From Pseudomonadota bacterium (GTDB taxonomy: Bacteria > Pseudomonadota > Gammaproteobacteria > JBCCGL01): a DNA stretch of 64,000 nucleotides. The translations under genes and the position numbers were made by a program. The notes under the pieces are model-generated. The model was not told the origin of the DNA. It worked only from the letters and a program-made list of their open reading frames with translations, and made no database searches. Of this stretch, positions 18,452 to 28,269 are shown piece after piece. Positions within the stretch are counted from its first letter, which is position 1. Each line of letters begins with the position of its first letter. The stretch is taken from NCBI GenBank assembly GCA_039029275.1, contig JBCCGL010000014.1:49961-113960 (forward strand), in the 5' to 3' direction.

Positions 18452-19527
18452 CCGTAGCTCGACGACCCGTTGCCAGCATGAAGCAAGCTCTGATTATTGG
18501 CGGTGTGGAGATCGCGCCGGGCACGCGCCGGCACGTCGATCTGGCGCTGCCACCCCTTTATACGCACTCGACAATGTCGATGCCGGTGCACGTTATCAAC
18601 GGCCGCCGCGATGGACCGCGTCTGTTTGTCAGCGCAGGGATTCACGGTGATGAAATCAACGGCGTTGAAATTATTCGACGTTTACTCAGCACCAAGGCCC
18701 TGAGTCGAATGCACGGTGCACTGATCGCCGTGCCTGTGGTGAACGTTTACGGATTTGTTTCGCGATCGCGATATTTGCCTGATCGCCGCGATCTCAACCG
18801 CTTTTTCCCCGGGTCGGAAACCGGTTCGATGGCCTCGCGATTGGCTGAATTGTTTACCCGAGAGGTTGTGGATCCATGCACGCACGGAATCGATTTGCAC
18901 ACGGCTGCAATCGGTCGAGACAACCTGCCGCAAATCCGCGCCGCGCTTGATGCGCACCCAGATACTGAAGCAATGGCATGCGCATTCGGTGCCCCCGTCG
19001 TGATCGATTCTTCGTTGCGAGAAGGATCGTTGCGCGCGTCGATGGCGGATCTGGGCAAACCCGTCCTTTTGTACGAAGCGGGCGAAGCACTGCGTTTTGA
19101 CGAAGTCTCCATACGGGCGGGCGTCAAGGGTATTCTGCGTGTGATGCGAGCAATTGGTATGTTGCCGAAACAGTCCTCAAAACGTCGCGGTCACGCGCCC
19201 CTGATTTCGAAAGACAGCGTCTGGATGCGTGCGCCACAAAGCGGCGTCTTGCGCGCACAGGTACCCCTGGGTGCGCAGGTCGATGTCGGCGATACACTCG
19301 GCGTTGTAGCGGATACGCTGGGTGAGTCAGAGGCGATGGTCGCAAGCGAAGTCGCGGGAATCGTGATCGGGAAGACCAATCTGCCGCTGGTGCACGAGGG
19401 AGAAGCCGTTTTTCACGTCGCGTGTTTTCGCTCACCCGATAGTGCCGCTCAGGCGGTTGAGGCGTTTCAGGAAGAGCATCAACCGCTCGATGGTGAAGGT
19501 GAAATCAACGAGCCTCCACTTGTGTAA
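18448..19527 (+). CDS. succinylglutamate desuccinylase/aspartoacylase (M14) family hydrolase
   Basis: [29 protein letters not shown]. Confidence 0.9.
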   Translation: MTVARRPVASMKQALIIGGVEIAPGTRRHVDLALPPLYTHSTMSMPVHVINGRRDGPRLFVSAGIHGDEINGVEIIRRLLSTKALSRMHGALIAVPVVNVYGFVSRSRYLPDRRDLNRFFPGSETGSMASRLAELFTREVVDPCTHGIDLHTAAIGRDNLPQIRAALDAHPDTEAMACAFGAPVVIDSSLREGSLRASMADLGKPVLLYEAGEALRFDEVSIRAGVKGILRVMRAIGMLPKQSSKRRGHAPLISKDSVWMRAPQSGVLRAQVPLGAQVDVGDTLGVVADTLGESEAMVASEVAGIVIGKTNLPLVHEGEAVFHVACFRSPDSAAQAVEAFQEEHQPLDGEGEINEPPLV

Positions 19528-19624
19528 TTGCGATGGCTCGCGAGGAACTAAACTTCACACCATCAGTGTTTACAAACAGAATTGCATTGCGCGTGTGATA
19601 AGACAAAACGAAGTGTGAAACGAT

Positions 19625-20095
19625 ATGTTGATCAATAAATCGAGAGATCAATTGGATAACCTTGAAAAAGCGTTTAGGCACACCGGCAATTTGCTGGTTA
19701 CGACCTTTCACTATTTGGCGTTATTCATCATCGGCGCCGCCATCGTCTGGTCGGGTGTACACGAACTCTTGGAAATGCTCGGTAGCGGCGAGATGACTAT
19801 CGACGATATTCTCTTGCTGTTTATTTATCTTGAACTTGGCGCAATGGTTGGGATTTATTTTAAAACCAAGCGTATGCCGGTTCGATTTCTTATTTACGTT
19901 GGTATCACTGCCTTAACCCGCATGTTACTCGGCGATATTCTTCATCACCACGATAACCCGGGCATGGGAATTTTGATCATTTCGGGCGGCATTTTTATTC
20001 TTGCGCTTTCGGTTCTCGTTATACGTTATGGCTCATCCAAATTCCCTGCGCCGCCGAGCGCAAAATTTGATGATGCCGACCTGAATACTGAATAA
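19625..20095 (+). CDS. phosphate-starvation-inducible PsiE family membrane protein
   Basis: DILLLFIYLELGAMVGIYF and PVRFLIYVGITAL.R. Confidence 0.85.
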   Translation: MLINKSRDQLDNLEKAFRHTGNLLVTTFHYLALFIIGAAIVWSGVHELLEMLGSGEMTIDDILLLFIYLELGAMVGIYFKTKRMPVRFLIYVGITALTRMLLGDILHHHDNPGMGILIISGGIFILALSVLVIRYGSSKFPAPPSAKFDDADLNTE

Positions 20096-20111
20096 CTTTT
20101 CGGAGGACAAA

Positions 20112-20552
20112 ATGTATTGGACGGTTTATTTGTCGGGTGAAATCCACACGGACTGGCGCGATCAAATCGTTGAAGCGTGCGCCGCTCTCGAACTGCCTAT
20201 GGAGTTTACCTCTGCGGTGACGGATCACGCGGCGAGCGATGCCGCAGGCGATCACCTGGGTGAGGAAGACAAAAACTTTTGGCGTGATCATAAATCGTCA
20301 AAGGTCAACGCGATCCGAACCAGAAACCTGATCGAGAATTGCGATATCGCGGTTGTCCGATTTGGCGACAAATACAAGCAATGGAACGCGGCGTTTGATG
20401 CGGGCTACTGTGCGGCCGTCGGAACGCCCTACATCACCTTGCACGATGACGATATTGTTCATCCCTTGAAAGAAGTTGACGCCGCAGCGATGGCGTGGGC
20501 AACAACGACCGATCAAGTCATCGAAATTTTACGTTACGTCACGACGCAATAG
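20112..20552 (+). CDS. YtoQ family protein (nucleoside deoxyribosyltransferase-like fold)
   Basis: VYLSGEIHTDWR, FGDKYKQWNAAFDAG, HPLKE. Confidence 0.88.
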   Translation: MYWTVYLSGEIHTDWRDQIVEACAALELPMEFTSAVTDHAASDAAGDHLGEEDKNFWRDHKSSKVNAIRTRNLIENCDIAVVRFGDKYKQWNAAFDAGYCAAVGTPYITLHDDDIVHPLKEVDAAAMAWATTTDQVIEILRYVTTQ

Positions 20553-20571
20553 TGGCTTGGATCGTTACCGG

Positions 20572-21297
20572 ATGAGCGATCAAAAGCGCGTCACTGCAGC
20601 AAGCATCACAAAAGCGCTACGCGCGCTCGGTGACGGCAAAATCGCCGAACACTCCCAGCGATTTTTTAAAACCGGCAAAGGACAATACGGCGAGGGTGAT
20701 GTATTTATCGGCGTGCGCGTGCCGGCGGTTCGCGCGCTGGTTCGCGAGTCTCGCAATATTTCGCTGACTGAAACTGAAAAACTTCTTAAGTCAAAATATC
20801 ACGAGGTGCGTTTGTGCGCCGCGTTGCTGTTAGTCGAATTATTTCAGCGCGGCGATGAGCCGCAAAAAAAGTCAGTTGTTGAACTGTATTTGCGTAGCAC
20901 GTGCCACCTCAATAATTGGGACATCGTTGATTGTTCGGCGCACAAAGTGGTTGGCCCGTGGCTGGAAAACCGGAGCCGTAAAACACTCTACAAATTTGCA
21001 AAATCACAGCATTTGTGGGAGCGGCGCATCGCGATAATGTCGACGTTTCATTTCATTTATCAAAATGATTTCTCGGATACGTTGGCGATCGCGGACATAC
21101 TGCTACATGACAGTCACGATCTGATTCACAAAGCCGTGGGTTGGATGCTGCGCGAAGTGGGCAAACGCGACAAAAAAATTGAGAAAAATTTTCTTAAAAC
21201 GCGCTACCAGACAATGCCGCGAACGATGCTGCGCTATGCGATTGAGAAATTTCCAGAATCAGAGCGACAGCGTTATTTGTCAGGGCGTATAACGTGA
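20572..21297 (+). CDS. DNA alkylation repair protein (AlkD family)
   Basis: RFFKTGKGQYGEGD, NNWDIVD, WERR, HDLIHKAVGWMLRE, MPRTMLRYAIE. Confidence 0.88.
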   Translation: MSDQKRVTAASITKALRALGDGKIAEHSQRFFKTGKGQYGEGDVFIGVRVPAVRALVRESRNISLTETEKLLKSKYHEVRLCAALLLVELFQRGDEPQKKSVVELYLRSTCHLNNWDIVDCSAHKVVGPWLENRSRKTLYKFAKSQHLWERRIAIMSTFHFIYQNDFSDTLAIADILLHDSHDLIHKAVGWMLREVGKRDKKIEKNFLKTRYQTMPRTMLRYAIEKFPESERQRYLSGRIT

Positions 21298-21813
21298 GTG
21301 AAGTTCACGCAGTCGGTTGATGCCCGTGCTCAATCCGTCCAACGGAAAATTCAGCGTAAATTCCTCGACGAGGTAATCGTGAAAGGTGATCTCGGCGTTT
21401 TCACTTTTAACGAGTAAGTCGAAAAATAATTTGGGATTGCCGTGTGAGGCCACACAGGGTGAACCGCATTCGGCCAGCGACACGACATTGTTTCCGTCGA
21501 AGGTTAAATTGCCGCGGGAAAATGACGTTTGCCACTCCTTGTCGATCTCCATTCGATAGGTGTTACCGTCGACATAAATGCGCGGGATCATTGCTCTGAA
21601 GTCAGGGCGCGGTTTGTAGATGATTACCAGATTGAGATTGCATCGGATGTCCCCAGCACCGCCGTAGTCAATGCACCAGATTTCCCAATCGCCGTGCGCT
21701 TCCGACGCGACAAGTTTGTTGTCGGGATTGCCATCGTGCGCGGCAGCGGCCCCTGCGGCCAGCGCAAAAATCAGCGATGTTACAAGGACAAGGAATTTCG
21801 ACATGGTCTGCAC
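21280..21813 (-). CDS. invasion-associated locus B (IalB)-like periplasmic protein
   Basis: Signal peptide, HGDWEIWC, paired cysteines, F.LDGL C-terminus. Confidence 0.6.
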   Translation of the reverse strand: MQTMSKFLVLVTSLIFALAAGAAAAHDGNPDNKLVASEAHGDWEIWCIDYGGAGDIRCNLNLVIIYKPRPDFRAMIPRIYVDGNTYRMEIDKEWQTSFSRGNLTFDGNNVVSLAECGSPCVASHGNPKLFFDLLVKSENAEITFHDYLVEEFTLNFPLDGLSTGINRLRELHSRYTP

Positions 21814-21859
21814 CTCTATTTTGGTAGTAGAGTGTGCAGACCTATGTATAGTTCAACCG

Positions 21860-22402
21860 CTACGCCGCCTTCGCGTTCTTGGCGGTAAATTCCAGATTCT
21901 TTAAGGTCTTTGCGCACGCAACTGCCGCCTCAGCGCCCTTGATCTGGAAGTGCTCGAAAAAGAATCGCTCGTGCGCGTCGCTTTCCTGAAAATGATGCGG
22001 TGTCAGCACCACGGATAGAATCGGTACTTCGGTTTCCAGCTGAACCTGCATCATCGCGTCCAGAACGGTGCCGGCGACGAAGTCGTGCCGATAGATTCCG
22101 CCGTCCACGATTAACCCGGCCGCAACAATAATTGCGTACGTGCCCGTTTTTGCGAGCAATTTTGACTGCAAAGGAATTTCCAAACTGCCCGGCACTTCGA
22201 AGAAGTCCATCTGCGTTTCATCAATTCCGAGCACATTGCACTCGGTGATGAATGATTCGCGCGATTGGCTGACAATGCCGCTGTGCCATGCGGCTTGAAT
22301 AAATGCGATGCGTTTTCCACTTTCGAGCAAGCGAAACCCTTCGTACTGGGCGACATTACTGCGCGTGGTGAGATTGGTCTGATCCATTGTGATTCCCCTC
22401 AT
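21860..22402 (-). CDS. ribH: 6,7-dimethyl-8-ribityllumazine synthase (type II, RibH2-like)
   Basis: AAWH, VPGSLEIP, GGIYRHDFVA and VLTPHHF type II signatures. Confidence 0.9.
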   Translation of the reverse strand: MRGITMDQTNLTTRSNVAQYEGFRLLESGKRIAFIQAAWHSGIVSQSRESFITECNVLGIDETQMDFFEVPGSLEIPLQSKLLAKTGTYAIIVAAGLIVDGGIYRHDFVAGTVLDAMMQVQLETEVPILSVVLTPHHFQESDAHERFFFEHFQIKGAEAAVACAKTLKNLEFTAKNAKAA

Positions 22403-22465
22403 CTATTATTCACAGGATCAGGGCGAAGGGAGGTTTAAATAGCGGGATCACCGCATGTTTTGCTT

Positions 22466-22615
22466 CCCATTCTCTATCATCCGGACTATTACCGTCGGCT
22501 TTGGAATCGCACCAAATCTGCTGACCTTTTAGACAAGCTAAAAGCGCTCGCGGGCTTAACGGGCTAAACCCGAATCACCGCCGGTGGGGAATTGCACCCC
22601 GCCCCGAGAACACAC
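22466..22615 (-). ncRNA. FMN riboswitch (RFN element)
   Basis: Minus strand reads TTCTCGGGGCGGGGTGCAATTCCCCACCGGCGGT...AGCCCGCGAGCG...GTCAGCAGATTTGGTGCGATTCCAAAGCCGACGGTAATAGTCCGGATGATAGAGAA, upstream of ribH. Confidence 0.95.
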
Positions 22616-22738
22616 GGTCGTTCGATTACGACCGCCTACACGCAAGTATATAGTGTGCCTGTTACTTTTTTAAAGCGTGGGCGGACAATTTTGTCGACGC
22701 GGCGTCGCGCAGAATTTTTCGTCCTGGAGGGATGTTCT

Positions 22739-23638
22739 TTATCGCCGCACGGCAATGATGCCCGCGGCCACAATCAGCACCATTCCCGCAATTGATGTGT
22801 TATCGGGTATTTCGCTAAAGAACAGAATCCCCCATATCACAGCGAAGCCGACATAGGCGAAATCAAACGTCGCGACAAGCGATGATGCGCCGATCTGATA
22901 GGCGATGGCGGCACCCACGCTCCCGATCAAAATCGCCACAGTGAGAACGCCGATGATCAATATCCCGTCGCCGCTTAGTGTAGGCCACGATGGGGACAAG
23001 AACGCCAGTGAAGCATGATCATTGCTCGTTTGACCCAGGACGCCGGTTGCCACCAAGCCGAACACGATGAAGGCAATGTTGAGCGCGGCTGAGAGCACCA
23101 GCGGATGCTCGTCGCGACATTTGGTACGCGTCAAGATCATCGCGAGCGCGAACAATATTGCCGAAACCAACGGCAACAAGGCGTAGCGATTAAACTCATC
23201 GGCTGCTGGTTTCAATATAAGAACGACACCGATAAATCCCATCGCAATTGCGGCCCAACCTGCGCGCGATACTCGTTCGCCAGTGAACAACGCCGAAAAC
23301 AGAGTAATAAAAATGGGCAACGTGTAGTAAGCGGCGGCGGCGTTGGAAAAAGGGATGTGTGGCAGCGCGGCGTAGTACGCCACCCACATGACCACGAGCA
23401 TAGCGCTGCGGACTGATGTCCATAACAGTCTGCTCGGGATCAGCGCGACCGATGAGAATCGTAGCCGCAAAATGAGGAACAAAACCGGAAGCGCGAGCAA
23501 CGAACGCAGAACGAAAATTTGCCACAGCACCAGGTCGGCGCTGACATTCTTGATGAGCGCGTCGCCAAACGACAGCGCCAGGACCGTTAGCAGAATGACC
23601 GCTACGGCCAGGCGATTATTATCGACCTTGTCATCCAT
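22739..23638 (-). CDS. DMT/EamA family transporter
   Basis: About 10 TM helices; YTLPIFITL, GERV, LILKP motifs. Confidence 0.88.
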   Translation of the reverse strand: MDDKVDNNRLAVAVILLTVLALSFGDALIKNVSADLVLWQIFVLRSLLALPVLFLILRLRFSSVALIPSRLLWTSVRSAMLVVMWVAYYAALPHIPFSNAAAAYYTLPIFITLFSALFTGERVSRAGWAAIAMGFIGVVLILKPAADEFNRYALLPLVSAILFALAMILTRTKCRDEHPLVLSAALNIAFIVFGLVATGVLGQTSNDHASLAFLSPSWPTLSGDGILIIGVLTVAILIGSVGAAIAYQIGASSLVATFDFAYVGFAVIWGILFFSEIPDNTSIAGMVLIVAAGIIAVRR

Positions 23639-23658
23639 ATCGAATCACAAAATTGAGA

Positions 23659-24558
23659 TCAGGCGGACTGGCTATCACGGCCATGCTCGTCAAACAAAAA
23701 GTCGCGAAACGAGCGCACTGTCGGATTGGCCAAAGACCCGCGAGGGTACACGATGAAATAGCAAAACGTATCACGAAGACACACCTCAAACGGTACGGTT
23801 AATCGCGCGCTCGCCAGATGTTCTTGCACAAAGGCGTTGCGCACCAGCGCGAGCCCATCGCCGTTCAACGCCGCCGCGATGGTTGCAGCGTGATCTCCCA
23901 ATAACGGGCCGTGACGAACATCCAAATCGGTAACACCGGCGTTTATGGCCCACTGGTTCCAGTCTTCGTAGCTCTCCTCGTGGAGCAAGGGGTAATCTGC
24001 CAATTGCTCAAGACTCGAGGGAGCGGGGCGTCCGTCAGCCAGGATCGGCGCGCAAACCGGCATCAAATCCAACTTCATCAACAATTCACTCTCGGTGCCG
24101 GGCCAATCGCTTTTGGGCGCCGCTCGAACAGCGATATCAACGCCATCGGTGAAATCGCTGACCGTTACGGAGTGATCCAACTTCAACTCGATGTCGGGAT
24201 GCGCACGCCAAAAACGCCCCAGACGCGGGACCAGCCATTGCGTCCCGAACGCGGGAGTAACAGACACCGTGAGTTTGCGCTGCGTGGTCGGATTGCGGAT
24301 CTCCTCGCTCACTTCCGCGATGGCATCGAGCGATGGGGTTGCGACGTCCAGAAGCATGTTGCCAGCGTCTGTCAGCAGCAGGCGACGCGGGAGTCGTTTG
24401 AACAATGGGGCGCCGAGGTATTCCTCCAGTGCCTTTATCTGGTGGCTGACGGCGGTTTGCGTCACAAACAGCTCATCCGCGGCCCGAGTAAAACTCAGGT
24501 GACGCGCGCTGGCCTCGAAGGCACGCAGAGCGTTTAGCGGTGGGAGTGATCTATGCAT
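23659..24558 (-). CDS. LysR family regulator (GcvA-like)
   Basis: LPPLNALRAFEASARHLSFTRAADELFVTQTAVSHQIKALE. Confidence 0.93.
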   Translation of the reverse strand: MHRSLPPLNALRAFEASARHLSFTRAADELFVTQTAVSHQIKALEEYLGAPLFKRLPRRLLLTDAGNMLLDVATPSLDAIAEVSEEIRNPTTQRKLTVSVTPAFGTQWLVPRLGRFWRAHPDIELKLDHSVTVSDFTDGVDIAVRAAPKSDWPGTESELLMKLDLMPVCAPILADGRPAPSSLEQLADYPLLHEESYEDWNQWAINAGVTDLDVRHGPLLGDHAATIAAALNGDGLALVRNAFVQEHLASARLTVPFEVCLRDTFCYFIVYPRGSLANPTVRSFRDFLFDEHGRDSQSA

Positions 24559-24571
24559 GAGAAAAATTCAT
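24557..24571. promoter_or_regulatory. LysR recognition site ATGA-N7-TCAT
   Basis: T-N11-A palindrome overlapping the LysR start codon in a divergent intergenic region. Confidence 0.6.
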
Positions 24572-24666
24572 TTGTACGAAATTATTCATCGTTTGAGAGC
24601 TTTATTAAAATTAGCCAAAATTCTTAACAAGCGAAATGTATCGTGAATTAGTCATGAGATATTATT

Positions 24667-24876
24667 ATGTTTCAAATCATATCAGAAAGCTTTGCACGCG
24701 CCACCGGTATTGAATCTGATCGCGATGTTCGCGTGCAAGAAGCGCAGGCGAAGCGCTGGCGTACAGACGCTATCGCAAGCAAGGAGCCCAATGATCGGGT
24801 TCAATCCGAACGATCAGACGACGACGCATTGCAGTTGGGTGAAGTGAAATTTGAGTACAACAGGGTGATGATATGA
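24667..24876 (+). CDS. small hypothetical protein
   Basis: 69-aa ORF divergent from LysR; ATGA overlap with the DUF1127 gene. Confidence 0.5.
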   Translation: MFQIISESFARATGIESDRDVRVQEAQAKRWRTDAIASKEPNDRVQSERSDDDALQLGEVKFEYNRVMI

Positions 24877-25085
24877 ACACACAGTTACTGACAAACCCAT
24901 GCGCAACAAGGCAGGGCACGCACGGCGTGTTGGCGTCTCTCGAGCGCCGAATTGCTGCTTTGCTATGCGCGATCTTTTGCGAATCCAGTCGCGCCGAAAC
25001 CAGACGTCAACTTAAGAATCTGGATGACCGACTTCTGCGCGATATCGGTTTGACCCGCGAGGACGTCGACTACGGGGATTTTTAG
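24873..25085 (+). CDS. DUF1127 (YjiS-like) small protein
   Basis: TRRQLKNLDDRLLRDIGLTRED signature. Confidence 0.85.
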   Translation: MNTQLLTNPCATRQGTHGVLASLERRIAALLCAIFCESSRAETRRQLKNLDDRLLRDIGLTREDVDYGDF

Positions 25086-25172
25086 CGCTGCGGTTGCGCG
25101 GGACGCCGTTGAAAGGTGCAGCGTCGGTGCAAAGTCGCCGGCGCTGCTCTGTGTGGGGTCGGTCTCCGTCGA

Positions 25173-25790
25173 CTAGAACGCCAGATGCAGCCCGCACTCG
25201 CGTTTGGGTTCGCCTTTAGTCGGGTCGAAGTAGTTGGTCTCCGATGGCAGGTCGTGGTCGCGCAGGTACGCATTGATGTCTGTACTGGTCCAATCCAAAA
25301 GCGGGTAGATCTTGTCGTAACCCTTGGGAGACTTGTGCACAGCTTGCAGACCAGCCCGGTGCTCGGTTTGCTCGTGGCGCAAGGCAGAAAACCAAACGTC
25401 TGGCCGCAAGGTGTTGAGCGCACGCTGGAAAGGTTCCAGCTTCACCTGTTGCGTAAAGCTCGCGTGCTCGGGGTCATCGAGTGAGGGGACGCCCTCGAGT
25501 ATCGGTTTCCCGCGCGGTTGCCAAATACTCAGATTGAGCGCGAGCCGTTCGCGCAAGTGCGCGGCAAATGCGTGAGTGGAGCGCGTGTTATGACCGGTGT
25601 CGACCCAAACGACGGGTATATCTGGCGCAACCTGGGTAAGCATATGCAGCAGAACCGCTGATTCCGGTCCAAATTTTGTGGTGACGATAGGACGTTCAGC
25701 GCGTTCAAGTGTTTGCGTAATCAACGCTGAATGCGATGTCTGGTTGATCGATCCGGCCTCGTGATGTGCCTGACTCATGTTCTTTGCCAT
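25173..25790 (-). CDS. cysH: phosphoadenosine phosphosulfate reductase family protein
   Basis: WVDTG, KLEPF, P.LDWT and C-terminal ECGLH. Confidence 0.8.
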   Translation of the reverse strand: MAKNMSQAHHEAGSINQTSHSALITQTLERAERPIVTTKFGPESAVLLHMLTQVAPDIPVVWVDTGHNTRSTHAFAAHLRERLALNLSIWQPRGKPILEGVPSLDDPEHASFTQQVKLEPFQRALNTLRPDVWFSALRHEQTEHRAGLQAVHKSPKGYDKIYPLLDWTSTDINAYLRDHDLPSETNYFDPTKGEPKRECGLHLAF

Positions 25791-25909
25791 ACCAGTGTTT
25801 CAAGTGGGAGTGCAATAATAGTGGCCTTGGTATGCCCATAAAAATAATATATTTGCACATTAAAATTCTCTATTTGAATATGAATTGGAATCGATCCCAC
25901 GGTTAAATC

Positions 25910-27118
25910 ATGAGTGTACCCAGCGAGTCACGCCCCTTCTTCAAGTCGATTGTGTTGCCGCTCGCGGTAGCCGAGACGATTATCTGGGCAAGTATTTTCT
26001 ACTCGTTTCCGGCGCTGTTGCTGCAATGGGAGCGACATACGCACTGGTCCAAAACTGAGCTCACCGGCGCGTTTTCACTGGCACTGCTCGCATCTGCGCT
26101 GTGTGCACCGGCCGCTGGCCGGCTGATCGACAGGGGATATGCGCGCGAACTTTTTACCAGCGCGACCGTGCTGGGCGGTGTGATGTTGATCGTTTTATCG
26201 CAGGTTGAATCGCTGTGGCAGTTTTATGTCGTGTGGTGCGTGATCGGCGCGGCGATGGCGGGTTCGCTTTATGAGCCGTGCTTCGCCGTTTTAACGCGCG
26301 CGCTAAAAACCGATTCCAAGCGCGGTATCGCTGCACTCACGCTGATCGCAGGGTTCGCCGGCACGATTTCCTTCCCGTTGCTGAATGCGTTTGCCGATGC
26401 CTGGGGTTGGCGAATGGCTCTGCAAGTGACGGCGTTGTTGATGTTGTTAAGCGCTCCCGTTTTGGTGTGGCGGTCGGTGGGCGCGGCCGAGAACCTGAGC
26501 TCAACCGGCGCTGAACAAGAAAAGCCCGACGCGCGCATGCCCTCGGATGTTTTCCGCAGCACTACCTTTTGGTTACTGGGTGTTTCATTCGCGATGATTG
26601 CGCTTTCGCACGGTGTGTTGATCACGCACATTCTTCCTCTTCTCGATGATCGCGGGGTTCAGGCGGAGACCGCTGTATTGGCAGCAGCCATGATTGGCCC
26701 AATGCAGGTGCTGGGTCGCCTTTTGATGGTGGCGGTTGAGGGTCATGTCGCGACAAAAACCGTCGCGCAGTTCAGCTTCATTGCGATGGGGATTGCCGCG
26801 CTGTTTCTGTTCGCCGTTACCGCTTCAGCGGAATTATTGGTGATCTTTGTTGCGGTTTACGGCGCCGCTTATGGCGTGACCAGCATCACGCGGCCGGTCG
26901 TTATCGCCGAATTTTTGGGGCAGGAAAACTACGGCGTCATAGCCGGCGTGCTGGCCACGCTTTATTTGCTTGTGGTAGCAGCGTCACCATCGATTGCCTC
27001 ACTGCTGTGGGAATTGGCCGGCTACGACAGCGTGATTACGCTTGCGATTATCGCGTGTGCGATCGGGTGGGTGTGTTTACTTCTGGCGTCGAAGCGCGCA
27101 GCCGCCGCGCAGTCTTAA
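25910..27118 (+). CDS. MFS transporter
   Basis: About 12 TM helices, GRLIDRG loop motif. Confidence 0.88.
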   Translation: MSVPSESRPFFKSIVLPLAVAETIIWASIFYSFPALLLQWERHTHWSKTELTGAFSLALLASALCAPAAGRLIDRGYARELFTSATVLGGVMLIVLSQVESLWQFYVVWCVIGAAMAGSLYEPCFAVLTRALKTDSKRGIAALTLIAGFAGTISFPLLNAFADAWGWRMALQVTALLMLLSAPVLVWRSVGAAENLSSTGAEQEKPDARMPSDVFRSTTFWLLGVSFAMIALSHGVLITHILPLLDDRGVQAETAVLAAAMIGPMQVLGRLLMVAVEGHVATKTVAQFSFIAMGIAALFLFAVTASAELLVIFVAVYGAAYGVTSITRPVVIAEFLGQENYGVIAGVLATLYLLVVAASPSIASLLWELAGYDSVITLAIIACAIGWVCLLLASKRAAAAQS

Positions 27119-27168
27119 GTTCTGCGTCGGTTGGTATACTCTAGCGGATAACTGACAAGGAGCCTCCA

Positions 27169-28254
27169 GTGCTAGAAACACTAAAAGCCGACATCCAACC
27201 CTTTCTCGACGTGTTCGGCAGTAATGCGTATGTGCAGTCACTGGTGGTTATTTGCGCTGCGTTCGTATTGGCGATGATTATCGACCGAGTGATCGTCAGC
27301 AGTGCAAAAAAACTCGCCGCAAAAACGAGCGCAGAGCTCGACAATCACATTATCGAGCTCGTGCATAAGCCGGTTTTTCACTCGGTCATACTGATCGGTC
27401 TCGCGATCGCCTTGCAGCTCATCGATCCGGGTGAGCATGTGACCCGGGTCGCCGGCTCGCTGTTGACTACCATCGCGCTGATTATCTGGTCGCTGTTCAT
27501 TTTTAAGCTGCTGCGATTGCTGTTGCGCAAAATGGCGGCGAACCCCTCCCGTTTCTCGGTGTTGCACGCGCAAACGCTGCCACTCTTCGAGAACCTTGCG
27601 CTCGTCGTGATGATCAGTATCGCGATTTACTACGTTTTTTCTGCCTGGCATATCGACATGACAGCGTGGTTGGCGTCTGCAGGTATCGTTGGTATCGCGG
27701 TGGGTTTTGCCGCAAAAGATACTCTGGCCAATTTGTTCTCCGGCGTATTTATTCTGGCGGACGCGCCGTACAAAATCGGAGACTACGTGGTGCTCGACTC
27801 GGGCGAGCGCGGCGAGATCACGCACATCGGTATTCGCAGCACACGGATGCTGACGCGTGATGACGTTGAAGTTACGGTGCCAAATTCGGTTATGGGCAAC
27901 ACGAAAATTATCAATGAATCCGGCGGGCCGCACGAAAAATTTCGCGTGCGAGTGCAAGTGGGAGTCGCCTACGGCAGCGACATCGACAAGGTGCGTGAGG
28001 TTTTAATGGATATTGGCGTCGGCGCGGAGTCGGTTTGCGACGAGCCGGAGCCGCGCGTGCGTATGCGTGCATTTGGCGCCTCGAGCCTCGACTTTGAACT
28101 GCTGTGCTGGGTTGATCAGCCGGTGCTGCGCGGGCGCGTACTCGACGCGCTGAACTGTACGGTGTACAGACGTTTCATTGAAGAGGGAATTGAAATTCCC
28201 TACGCCAAACAGGATGTCTATATTAAGGAGATGCCAGGCTCGCCGTCTATATAG
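27169..28254 (+). CDS. small-conductance mechanosensitive channel (MscS family)
   Basis: AVGFAAKDTLANLFSG, PYKIGD, GIRSTR, VPNS, GIEIPY. Confidence 0.92.
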   Translation: MLETLKADIQPFLDVFGSNAYVQSLVVICAAFVLAMIIDRVIVSSAKKLAAKTSAELDNHIIELVHKPVFHSVILIGLAIALQLIDPGEHVTRVAGSLLTTIALIIWSLFIFKLLRLLLRKMAANPSRFSVLHAQTLPLFENLALVVMISIAIYYVFSAWHIDMTAWLASAGIVGIAVGFAAKDTLANLFSGVFILADAPYKIGDYVVLDSGERGEITHIGIRSTRMLTRDDVEVTVPNSVMGNTKIINESGGPHEKFRVRVQVGVAYGSDIDKVREVLMDIGVGAESVCDEPEPRVRMRAFGASSLDFELLCWVDQPVLRGRVLDALNCTVYRRFIEEGIEIPYAKQDVYIKEMPGSPSI

Positions 28255-28269
28255 AGCGCAACCGTGCTT

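Noticed and set aside
19530-19624. Pho box or CRP site upstream of the psiE-like gene
   Set aside because: Only isolated TGTGA half-sites, without correct spacing or CTGTCAT direct repeats
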